Shown piece by piece: positions 52,510 through 63,335 of a stretch of DNA of 64,000 bases. This DNA comes from Hydrolagus affinis (Eukaryota): assembly GCA_012026655.1 (NCBI GenBank), contig JAAILG010000001.1:310001-374000 (forward strand), written 5' to 3'. A program made the translations under genes and the position numbers. The stretch's first letter is position 1. Each line of letters begins with the position of its first letter. A model generated the notes under the pieces. That model did not search any database. It was not told where the DNA came from and was given only the letters and a program-made list of their open reading frames with translations.

Positions 52510-52637
52510 ATTGGCTGCCAGGTTTCGCCCACAAAATATACTATCAATTCACTTTACAATATATTCTGTGAAGCGCTTTGAGATTTCTGAAAGACATGAT
52601 AAGGCGATATTGTAACACATGCAGGAATTATTATTAT
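52510..52637 (+). mobile_element. Family A SINE 3' fragment
   Basis: ATTGGCTGCCAGGTTTCGCCCACAAAATATAC...CTGTGAAGCGCTTTGAGA...ATGCAGGAATTATTATT. Confidence 0.8.
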
Positions 52638-54087
52638 ACAATATATTATTTCACCTTCACATATAAATATTTCACTGCCGACAGGGTACTCCACGTTTGC
52701 TTCAAAGCCTTTGTGTTGCCTTCCATTGCCTACATTTTTTCAATAAATTGGTAAGGCAGCAACAATGAGCCAAATTATAAGTACGAGTCTATGAGAAAAC
52801 AAAATTAACTAAGTGGAAATTGGCATGTTGGGAGCTTTTTTAAATTGCTCAGTTGTAGAAAACAACATTTTATCAAATGCTGGCACAACAACTAATTGTT
52901 GCAGTTGAAAATGTAACAAAAAGTTGCAAGTATGAACTAACTTTAGTTTCAAATTCGTTGGAACTGATCAAACGTTGGCATTTTTTACGAGGTTGGAAAG
53001 TAAGCAGGAATGGAGTATGTTGGAGGTAGCAGATCAAGATCTCATTATGATCATTTTTGCTGTGGAGCTATAAAAAATACAAGTAGTTTTAGAAACATGC
53101 ATTATCAAATGTCAATTCCACATTCTCTACCAGTCTATTTGGGGATATATTAATAGCTTGTCAACATGTTCAATTATAAATGCTGCATTATTTTCTCCTC
53201 ATTCGCATCTTTATGGTGTTAGAAAAGGACCTGCATTTGTCAATTTGTAAAATAAAATCACACAGGCTTGGCTGAGAGTATTACAATATTTAATGCAGCC
53301 TCTTTGCTAAGGCCCAACAGAAAGTGAACATGTACTGTACTTTATACAATAACCACTTGAATTTTAATTGTTTTGAAATATAACCATTTCCAGATCACCT
53401 TAGACATATTTATTTTTGTTTGTCTGGCCTATTGTGATCCTTCTCTGTCTATACTTTTTTTACATGCCACAGACTTTAATGAACAGAAAAATTTGCCTTT
53501 CTCCGAATACCAAGACAAGACTGTCCATAATTCACTGTGTGCAAGCCTTTTAACTGCAGGAGCTCTAAATTATGCTATCCAGGGAATCTTATTGCAATTA
53601 AAACGTATTATATTCCTCTATCCAACAATGTTTTATGAGATGTTGATTATCCCCAAAATATTTTCTGAAGTGAAGCAGAATCGTAAATCCAAATTACTTA
53701 GAACATTCATCTGTGACAAAGGGATCACGTTAAAATGTTGATCTTTTGCAAACACTATGAAAGGTTTAGGTGTTTCTTCTCATTTCAATTTTAACATGAT
53801 AGAAAAATCTCATGATGAGAACAATTCTAATCCTTTTCATTGGTTATTATTATTACATATTTATTATCAGTTGTTGTTTGGATCGTTAAAATCACCTGGC
53901 ATTCCCTCTGTGCATATGAATCTTCATTGGTTAACCTAACCCGTAAATTAGACCTTAATTTCTGTATATCTGCTGGTCATTGTAATCATATAACCTATTC
54001 ACATTTGACAATATTCATGATCTATTATTTGATAAACTGAAATCAATGGAGATACAACCTATGCACACAAAATCAGATCTATGATTG

Positions 54088-54210
54088 TTTCGCCCATAAA
54101 TATACAGTCAATTCACTTTACAGTATATTCTGTGAAGTTCTTTGAGACATTTCGAAGATGTGCTATGGCACTATATCAAATGCAAGGATTATTATTGTTG
54201 TTTATTATTA
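54088..54210 (+). mobile_element. Family A SINE 3' fragment
   Basis: TTTCGCCCATAAATATACAGTCAATTCACTTTACAGTATATTCTGTGAAG...CTATATCAAATGCAAGGATTATT. Confidence 0.85.
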
Positions 54211-55750
54211 TCTGTGATTGTCTCTGTCCTCATTCGATGTAATGTTTTGATTTGGTTTTCAGTCTGTTTTTATTTAATGCAAATGCAAGTTTTTATTCAG
54301 CCCGAAAAACACATCTGCATTTGCTACTCACTGTGAAATATAGCCTTCTATATCTACAAGGAGCAAAACAATTTGTAAAGTTGAAGGGCAAAGTTGTCGG
54401 AGGGCTTTTCATCACATAAGCCTACAAATGACATAATAAAAGAGTAAAGGATTATGTATGATATAATTCTTTAAAATCAGACATTGTTGTTTTTCCTCAA
54501 AGTATAAATGTACACTCTTGCTTTTTAATCAGCTTCTACTCAGTCCTGTAATGCAAGCTGTTTAGGTTCAGTGGAGTTCCAGTAGCATATCTTATTGGAG
54601 AATGCAATTTCTCCAGGGTAAAAGCAAAGCTCTACATCAAAGCCTGATTGAGCAGAAAATACGTGCTAATGTTCACAGCAGTACTCTATTATATTATAAG
54701 TATGCTTGTAAATATTCACTGCATGTTATCACACCATTTGAACTATGAATATTGTAAGGTTAAAGGTTACTCCTAATACTCTCTCAAGAGGCAGTAGTTT
54801 TAAATATATCCAAATGGGATAATGGTCAAGAATACCCAAAGGGGGGGAAAGTAGCACATCATAAAGAATTGCACTGTTTTTCAAGTTTTCAGGACAACAA
54901 AGATGCCAAATAGATACCTCATAAGCAGTCATTATTAATGGAATGATAAGGCTAACACTAAGCAAGAAGCTTTCACTGCAATAAATCTTCTCTGTGCTCC
55001 ATTAGTCCACTTAATTCCAAATGGTAGTGAGGTTATAACCTAACACAGTAGAATTTTATTGTCATGATCTGTAATGTGTTTTATGCCATTTAAAATTTAG
55101 AGATAACACTCTAAAGGCTGAGGCTAAACACTGAGGCTTTCCTCACTGACATGAAATCTTAACACTTTCAGATTTGCATCTAAAGCAGTTTGTGAAAAGG
55201 TTGTTCAGAAACATGAAAGCTTCATCTAATTAAATCTAAGAATCCTTCACAATAACACAGTCACAAATATCAAATGCATTATTTGTGTGTGTCCCTTATT
55301 AATTGCAACAGTTACTGTATAAAATTAAACAGAAGTATTTGTTTTGGTGGGGGGAGGATTGCTATCTATATTGCCTTTTCTTATAATGCTGGAGAACTTC
55401 CTACTGTGAAAGACTCATCTTTGCTTCCCTCGCAATTGCTTATTAGTCAAATCCATTCAGCGAACAGAGCTTTTATGATGTAAATGATATCACCACTATT
55501 TCTAATCGGTTAGCATTAACAAACAGAAATCGTCCACTTTGATCATTTTAGGATTAATATTTTTAAATTATTTGACATTTTTATTTTCAAATGGTGTTTC
55601 ACAAATTCATAGTTTCTTCTTTTCCTCCACATTTATCCACTACTCACTTCCAGATCTACAATGCATTCCTCATTCAGAAGAAAGGTGATTAAGGCCCATT
55701 GATTCTCATGTACTGTCCAGTAGGAAACACTCAGTCATATGGAAAGGAAT

Positions 55751-56323
55751 ATAATATAATCCTTGCATTTGATATAGCACTTTTCACATTTTCTAGATCA
55801 GCGGTTCTCAACTGGGGTTACATGTACCCCAGGTACAAAATTACTTCCAGGGGGTACAGGTGGCGGTACATTGATTTATTTAGCTCTCTTATTTAGTATT
55901 TTATAGCCTCCCAAATTGTATATTTAATTGTTAATCCCCTCCTTTTGTATATGCTAGTTATTTTTTTTATAAAGGAAAAGCTTGGTCATAAAATGCAAGT
56001 GGAATGAGGGCGGTGGTGTGTGTGTGTATGTGGTTGGGTGGGGGTACATGATAATGTTGAAAATTAACAAGGGGTACATTACTGAAAAAGGTTGAGAACC
56101 ACTGTTCTAGATGTCTCAAAATGCTTCACAAAATATATTGGAAAGTGAATTGACTGTATATTTGTGGACGAAACATGGCAGCCAATTATGTGCCACAAAC
56201 AGTCGTGGATTGAAATTACCAAATTATTATTGTTTTTTTTAGGGATTATTATCAGGCGTGTGGATTAAGGAAACTTGCTGAAGGTTCGCCCTGCCAGGAA
56301 TTGAACTCAGGTTTCTACCACTG
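55751..56323 (-). mobile_element. Family A SINE interrupted by a hAT MITE
   Basis: Tail 55751-55798 resumes at 56105 (TTCTAGATGTCTCAAAATGCTTCAC) and continues to a B-box remnant near 56297-56312. Confidence 0.85.
55799..56104. mobile_element. Non-autonomous hAT (Charlie-type) MITE, 306 bp
   Basis: TIRs CAGCGGTTCTCAAC (55799-55812) and GTTGAGAACCACTG (56091-56104), 13/14 complementary. Perfect 8-bp TSD TTCTAGAT at 55791-55798 and 56105-56112. Subterminal GGGGTAC repeats. Confidence 0.93.
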
Positions 56324-56430
56324 GGCCAGATTTTAGTTCTCCCCAATGAAACTTTTGGAAGTTTAGATAAAGTCATCCCTTGGAAACCTGAAATACAGGT
56401 ACATTCATTGAGACCAAAAATCTGACCCGG
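56321..56430. mobile_element. ~110-bp palindromic MITE-like element
   Basis: Left arm CTGGGCCAGATTTTAGTTCTCCCCAATGAA versus reverse complement of right arm CCGGGTCAGATTTTTGGTCTCAATGAA. Confidence 0.55.
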
Positions 56431-56454
56431 GTTTCACAGAGAGACTGAGTTGTA

Positions 56455-56880
56455 CAATGGGTTGCAACACTATCCTTTCACTTCTGGGACCTAGGTTCCA
56501 ATCCAATCCAGACTGATGAAATGAAAGTCTCCTCTCTTCTAAAAATCCATAAAATCAATTTCTTTGAAGAATGTGTGCACATTTTAGAATCACACAATGT
56601 TACATTGGAGTGACGACCAATCAGACACCCTATGTGAAATGAGTTTGTGCGGTCTCAATTCGGTGCCTATTAGTTGAGAATCATAGTTCAAAACTACTTA
56701 TTAATGCGCAGTTTGTCAGAGAATACAAGGGTAGCTCATCTGGGAATGCCCCACTTCCACGACCAGCACCAAACTCTCCCCATGGTGTCATTGGAGAATA
56801 GGAGACGCATTATCGGGATGTTCAGACATTGCTGTGGCTGAGCTAGGTACAGTATATGCATCTGACACCAGATCTGGAAA
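56455..56880 (+). mobile_element. LF-SINE-like ancient SINE
   Basis: CCTTTCACTTCTGGGACCTAGGTTCCAATCC (B box) ...CAGACTGATGAAATGAAAGTCTCCTCTC...TGTGAAATGAGTTTG...GTCTCA. Similarity to LF-SINE recalled, not searched. Confidence 0.5.
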
Positions 56881-59800
56881 TGAGGTTAACCCAAAATAAC
56901 AGCATTTATCTTAATGACTACAAATATTCACTTTCCTAAACATGTCGAAAAGTTCTTCTTTCTTCCAGTTGATACTACTGATTATACAGCCACTTCATAT
57001 CCGATGCTTTTAATCAACAAGTGCATCAGGTGATGAAGATACAGCACTGGATACATTTAAGAAACATCGTGATTCTGTGATGGGAGAAAGGTTGGTATTC
57101 TGGAAGAATACGAATTGTAATCCAGTCTTTAAATTCTGGTCTAAAATATGAACACAGTTATGAGGGTCACCATTCAAAGCTGATTTCTTTCCACTGTCAG
57201 TTCCCTACAAAAGCAGTGCTGTTTGCAGGGGCACTTTACCTTTAACTTTTTGATTCTAGATGTAAATGCAGACTTTGTGAGACATTCTTCCAGGGATAAC
57301 AGCTTTATTTAATTAATGGGTAACATTACCTTCCCATGTTCTACTTTTATACCAGTCACAAGCTGAATGAATAATAAAACCTGACAGACATGAATGACTT
57401 ACAGTAGATCAATGTCATAAGCTCCTCTGTTTTGAAATATCCCCATATGCTTGAATACTTATGCAAAAACCTGGATTTAATGCCTCTTAAGCTTTAGAAG
57501 AATACATAAACTGGATAAGTTAGATAATAAATACATTTCTGTAACTGGAATATTCAATCATATCAGAAATAAGGCGAATATTGTGAAGAAATATCAACTC
57601 TTTAAAACTCAAGTGCTCCATGGATAATATGAAGCTTTTAAAGTCACTAGCTGTTAAAATCATCATACAACAAAAATTATTTTATCTTCAGTTTGTTTTG
57701 AGATATTTAGATTTATTTAATGCAAATTCTGACAGCAGGGTGACTGCCAGAGAATTTCACTAGATTTGGGTGGAAAATTACTACCTGTATCAGGATTCTC
57801 AGAGGGAATATGAATGCCCTCAGTCTGAATGTGCCAGATAACCACCATGTTAACGTCACCAGAGTAATACGTCAGGCATGTACAACACATACATTACAAT
57901 ACAACATTCGACTTACTTCAAATTCTGTCAGTATTATTACCATATATGTCATAATAAAATGATGACTGTGAAGCAGCACGTAGTTAAGCCCATGATAATT
58001 GCACTGTCTATTTTTCCATAGCACGATAATCTTGAAACATATTTTTCCAATTATCCTGTTACCGAATACTCACAGAGTGACAACCTTATTAATCCCCACA
58101 TATTTTACAGCCTGTTGTTAACAGCATAAAAGAGGCAAGGCTGGAGCTCACACTATTACACTTGATGGATTCGCTGAGGGTTGACCACTTGTTCAGCAAA
58201 CGTGAACAATACCCTATGACTGTGGTGCTTTAGACACACTATGGCATGATATTCAACATTCGATAGCCGACACATGATTCTGTCACAAAAAGGTCTCCGT
58301 AAGAGATTTCACAATTTCGAGGGAGTAAAGGACTTGAATCTGAATAACACAATTGAGTTGGAGGCCTTTCACTGTCACTTTCAATTTACCAGGCAAGAAA
58401 GAAGACAATTAGTGAAAGTGACAATAACAGGGCTTTCACTCCAATATCATTCAGTTTTCCTCTGAGAAACATTCAAGATGAACCACTTTGAAACAAAATC
58501 ACTACAAAACAAGTAAGCCACATTCTGCCATGGCTGCTATTGCAATTTTGTGATTTTTTATATTACATTTTCCCAGTTAAAGAGAGATATAAACACTTCC
58601 ATCTGCAGGAAAGATGAACAGCAAGCGACATATCTATCTGCAGCTCAATATATTGGGCAAAACAGAACTAACAAGCAGAATTCCAAAAACACTCTCAGAT
58701 TCAATTGTATTTATTTAAATGTTCTTTTTGCCTGTGTGCCAATGCTCTTGTCATATCATGGGTGTCTGTATAAACTCTTCAGGTCTCAAAAACAATCAAT
58801 AAAAAAGTGTTAATCCCTAAATAAAAGTCAGCGGTAATCGTTTTAAACAAAACCCTAATCAAGATCCCTTGATGTGTAGTTAATCTGAAGTGACAAGGAA
58901 TACCAAGAACGTACAGGCAATCTTATGTAACAAGTGAAAATATTTCAGATCTGGCAATAAAAAGACAATGATTAAAAGTCAAAACAGCAAATGGGATTCT
59001 ATTAAAATGCTTAAGAACAAGATATTAATGGCACAAAAATTTAGGTTTTGAGGAGTCTATTGCATAATTCTTGTGAAAAAAACAGAAAGAATTGAAATTA
59101 TTCTTTGTAACAATACCAAAGCACAATCTTAGCTGTAGGTACTGTATATAGGCTGTAAAGCATAACAGGGCAACTGCATTCAAAATTAATTGTACCTTAT
59201 AGTTGATTTTATTTTGTATCTAATTGAGCAAGGTTGCTGCTGTCAAACACAGCATGTGCAAATCAGGGCTTGGTGACATCGGGGTAGGGAGGAGGGGAGA
59301 AATATTTTATTATTCCTCGGAATTATGCCTGGAAATGCTCAATTATGCCTCTTGGCGAAAAATAACTACCAAAAGCAAAAATCTTGAATTGTAATGAAAA
59401 ACAGTTTTATTTTAATTACAGCTGTATATATTAGGTTATTAATGAAGAACAATTCACAGTGGTATGTTTCTTTGAAGGAATTTCTTCATACATGCATTCA
59501 TTCATTCAGTCATTCAATATGTGTCGTTTTTTTAAAAAAAATCCTGATTGAGCCGCACACAACTGGAGACAGATTTTGCTCAACTGCAGTTTTACTTACA
59601 CACACAGATGATGAAGCTGATCTAAAGTCAAACTTGTGTCATGCTAATAATCCATCCAACATAAAATTAAGCAATAATGGACAATTTACACAAAATTGCT
59701 TAACCTGAATTGTCATTTATTTTGGTGTCGACCCAGATCATTGCTGCCTGCATAAATGGTAGTTGTAGACTTGAATAGGAAATAAGTGTGTTATAATGAC

Positions 59801-60683
59801 TCTTGCTGCCAGCATTCGAAAATGAGTTGCAATGAGACGCATGCTGAACACAACTTGAAAATAACTCCAAGGTTAATAGCTTCATCACACAGTGACAGCA
59901 TCTATAGCGCATACTTCGTGCGGTACTTGCAATAAGACGGCAGAATATAATCACTGTCAGTAAGGTATACTGCAATACAAGTGATGGCTAACTGGATAGT
60001 ATATACATTTATCTTCCAGCATATTTTAACTTTAAAGACTGCCTGGTATATTTTAAGATGGAAATTCACATTTGTAATCTTTTTTGTGCAGCCCTTACTA
60101 TGTTTTATTGTTGTTGGGGTTTCCAGGTAAATGTACAATGTGCCATACGGTAAATTTTAGCCAAACGTTAAATTTACCTATCAAAATTCTTGTTGGGAGC
60201 GTGAGTAATTTAGTGTATATTTACAGTCAGGTTGCAATCTTATAGTGCATGGTTAGTTTACTAACGATCTTAATCAAATGATTTCATACCCGGTTTTGTA
60301 ACATAGGGAGAGAGATTCAATTTCTAGTGAACTAGCTGCATTCAGCAGTGAATGTGAGTCCATATTTCCTAGCAGTTCAGTGGTGAGTGTGTGCCTGGTC
60401 CCTGGTGAATGTGGGCTGTACAGCTGGAGCTGTCTTTTGTCTAGGGGAGAGACTTGTCCTTCAGCACCAAGACTGAGCAAATCCAGAGTTTGCAGTGCAC
60501 TGTGAAAGTGGAAAGGGAGCATGCAGAGTTAAAATTATACAGACACGTGAATCCAGCAATTGAAAGATTTATTTTGTCTCCCAGAGTATAATATTCCTTG
60601 CATTTCATACAGCGCCCTATCATGTCTTTACAGGATTTACAGTAAATAATCCATACATTTGATATAGTGCCTTATCACATCTT

Positions 60684-61435
60684 CACCAAGCCAGTCAGGA
60701 ACCTAGGTATCCTGTTCAATCCTCATCTGTCTTTCCTCCCCCACATTCAAGCCATGACCTATTCTGCCTTCCCTCACATCCGCAATATTGCGGGACTCCG
60801 CCACTTCTTTAACCCTCAGGCCGCTGAAACCCTCATTCATTCCTTCATTACATCCAGGCTCGCCTACACCAATGCCCTGCTTCTTGGCCTTTCCAAATCC
60901 CCCTGCACATAATCCAGAACTCTGCAGCCCATGTCCTCTTCAGCACCAAACACCGTGAACCCATCTCTCCCATTGTGGTGTGACTCCATTGGCTCCCCAT
61001 CACTCAGAGGATTCAATTCAAGATCCTGGTCTTCAACTTCAAAGCCCTCCACAGCCTCACCCTACCCTAACTGCGACCTCCTAACCCCCTACCAATCTGC
61101 CCGCCCCCTCCGCTCAGCAGGCTTCGGCCTGCTCCGCATCCCCCGACTGATCAGCCTTTCTGCACTAAACCTCTGGAACTCCATCCCGCAGTCCCTTCGC
61201 CTCGCCCCCTCCCTGTCCTCCTTCAAGTCCCGCCTCATGACCCTCGTCTTCGACCTGCCACACTAACTCTTCCCCCTCTTCCACTCTCCTTCCCCTTCCC
61301 CCTACTTTGACCCTCCCATCCCCCCCCATTCCCCCTCCCCGTTCGGGTCCCTACCAGACTGTTCAGCGCTTTGGGACGTCCTCCTGACGGGAAGGGCGCT
61401 ATATAAGTGCAATTTTGTTATTGCTGTTGTTGTTG
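60684..61435 (+). mobile_element. 5'-truncated L2 LINE
   Basis: ORF 60667: KPVRNLGILF...AETLIHSFITSRL. ORF 60931 end: NLWNSIPQSLRLAPSLSSFKSRL. Hairpin tail plus (TTG)n. Confidence 0.92.
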
Positions 61436-61570
61436 TCCCATCGGTCACCCCTAATCCCCTCATCACCCTCCACCCTCCCAAGTCGGGTCTGAAACGTTGA
61501 CTGTCCAGTGCATTGCAACATCCTCCCAACATGAAAGGCACTATACAAATGTAATTTTGTTGTTGTTGTT
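61436..61570 (+). mobile_element. Second L2 3' end in tandem
   Basis: GGTCTGAAAC..GACTGTCCAGTGC...CATCCTCCCAACATGAAAGGCACTATACAAATGTAATTTTG(TTG)n. Confidence 0.85.
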
Positions 61571-61620
61571 CTAGACTTTTCAAACTGCTTCATAGATGAT
61601 ACTGTACTTTTGACCCAAAT

Positions 61621-61683
61621 CAACAACAACAAAATTACATTTTTAGAGCACCTTTCACGTCGGGAGAACATCCCAAGGCACTG
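61621..61683 (-). mobile_element. L2 tail-only insert in SINE body
   Basis: CAACAACAACAAAATTACATTTTTAGAGCACCTTTCACGTCGGGAGAACATCCCAAGGCACTG. Confidence 0.85.
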
Positions 61684-62769
61684 AAAATCACAATCCCAGA
61701 AACAGTCGTTAGATTGAATGACCAAATTATTTTTTTTAAGGGTTTATTATACTCGGAATAATGATCCACCAATCGACTAACAGCCAGGTTCCTACTTACT
61801 GCTGGGTAAACAGAGATGTGTGGAGTAAGGAAATTTGCCCAATGTTTTGTCCTGCCTGGGAATCGAACCCGTGTATTCTCGCTTGCGAGCCAAGTGCTCT
61901 AACCACTAAGCTACAGGACTCCACAAAGTAGTTTGACTGGTATTCGTAGAGTAGTGCATATGTGGAATAGATTCCAAACAAAAGCATTTGAACCTTGCAA
62001 GTAAATCATTCAAAAAGAATTGTCTCTGAGCCAAGTTTGTCTCAAGGCACTTTTATCAGTTTGAGGTAACCTCCACATTACCATTTTCCTGAATAGTCTT
62101 TCATCAATGGATGGATGGAGGTTTAACTGTTGCAATGTGGTATTGACATATCCAGGTTTTACTTGATTTACTTACAACAACAACAAAATTACTTTTCTAC
62201 AGGCTACATCAAATTTTTATATAGATCTTTCCTTTAACAGATACAGTATGCAGTATAGAATTCATAACAGGGTAGATTCTGCCTTGACTGTGGAGACAGC
62301 AGGCTTGATGAGGCAAATGCCCTTTCCCAACTTGTTTGTCACATCTGGTAATGTGTGCGGCGCTTTGTAAAGCCATTCTCTAACTGAGGACGGGACCTCA
62401 GTTAATATCTCATCCGAAGGATGGATACAATGGTCTGAGTGAGTACACAATTTAAAACAGTATTTGGGGTTTTAAAGTAGCATTTCAATGTCTTGGATCA
62501 GAAAAATGACTTTAAGTCAGTTCCTTGTGTTTTTCTTATTGATTTTCTCCCAGCAGAAATAGCAGCGCTGCAGGGGTGAAATTTAAAGAAGGTGGTGGAG
62601 GGGGCTTGGAGAGCAATGGGAATCATGTCAGCTTATGTTGGTGGTAATTAGGAACGTGTTTGCCTTGTTCGATAACACATTACTGGCGAAAGTTATCGCA
62701 AGAAACTGGATATTGAATGTCACAAGTTTCACTCAATGCTCTTAAGGCTATGACAATGAGAATTTGAGG

Positions 62770-62930
62770 GAATCTGATCGGCATCCAGTAAAACCCCTGA
62801 AAAGTGTATTTATGGCCTGGACTGGAGTCAGCTGTAATACCTTCTGTAGTTGAACAGCCTTCTGACACTGATTGTCTGTGCTTACATATGAATAATGGCC
62901 ACTGGAAACACCAGAGAGTGCATCCATAGG
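62770..62930 (+). mobile_element. AmnSINE2-like SINE fragment (copy 4)
   Basis: CTGATCGGCATCCAGT...GAAAAGTG...TACATATGAATAATGGCCAC matches the other copies. Confidence 0.5.
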
Positions 62931-62934
62931 GGCT

Positions 62935-62982
62935 CAGAGTAAAAGGTGAGAAAACAGCACTCCAGAGTAAAAGGTGAGAAAA
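62935..62982. repeat. Direct repeat of 20-mer CAGAGTAAAAGGTGAGAAAA (period 28)
   Basis: Identical at 62935-62954 and 62963-62982. Confidence 0.9.
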
Positions 62983-63167
62983 TTGGAAAGGAAGCATAAA
63001 ACAAAACTTGATGCATACATTGTTTTAATTTTGTGTTTCTATATTTCCAGCCCCTCGAGAACTAAAAACATATTTCTTTAATCTGTCGAGACACAAACAA
63101 TTTCCATCATACTGCAAGAAAGGTTCAAATTAAGGTCCTTTAGTTATTTGATCTCATTCTTCTAGAA

Positions 63168-63335
63168 TAAGCCTACCATTAGCCCAGCTTTGCTTTTGAA
63201 TGAGTCCAGCATTCTGGCTTCAATCACCCTTCTTGGTAACCTGTTTCAGTCATTAACCGCCTTCTGGGTGAATAAATGTTTCCTGAAATTGCCCCCTTGC
63301 AACCCTAAACCTGTATCCCCTTGCTCTCCTGTCTT
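63168..63335 (-). mobile_element. CR1 LINE ORF2 C-terminal fragment
   Basis: Minus strand encodes a decayed RKHLFTQKAVND*NRLPRRVIEA (cf. CR1 FFTQRVV..WN.LP..VVEA). Confidence 0.7.

Larger units (their letters stand above)
60648..61922 (-). mobile_element. Single family A SINE (long-body) split by L2 insertions
   Basis: Tail end 60648-60683, continuation 61571-61615 (CTAGAC...CAAACTGCTTCA...TACTGTA), body and head 61684-61922 with A box TAGCTTAGTGG and B box GGTTCGATTCC. Confidence 0.75.

Noticed and set aside
60425-60480. REST/RE1 site (TTCAGCACC)
   Set aside because: Only a left half-site; no GGACAG at canonical spacing.
638-61683. CRISPR-like recurring palindromic repeats
   Set aside because: The repeats are dispersed, in both orientations and divergent; they are SINE/L2 tails in eukaryotic DNA.
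61621-61922. Apparent tail-swapped SINE (family A head joined to a TTG-type L2 tail)
   Set aside because: The SINE's own tail continues at 61571-61615 and 60648-60683, so the L2 tail is a nested insertion rather than a swap.
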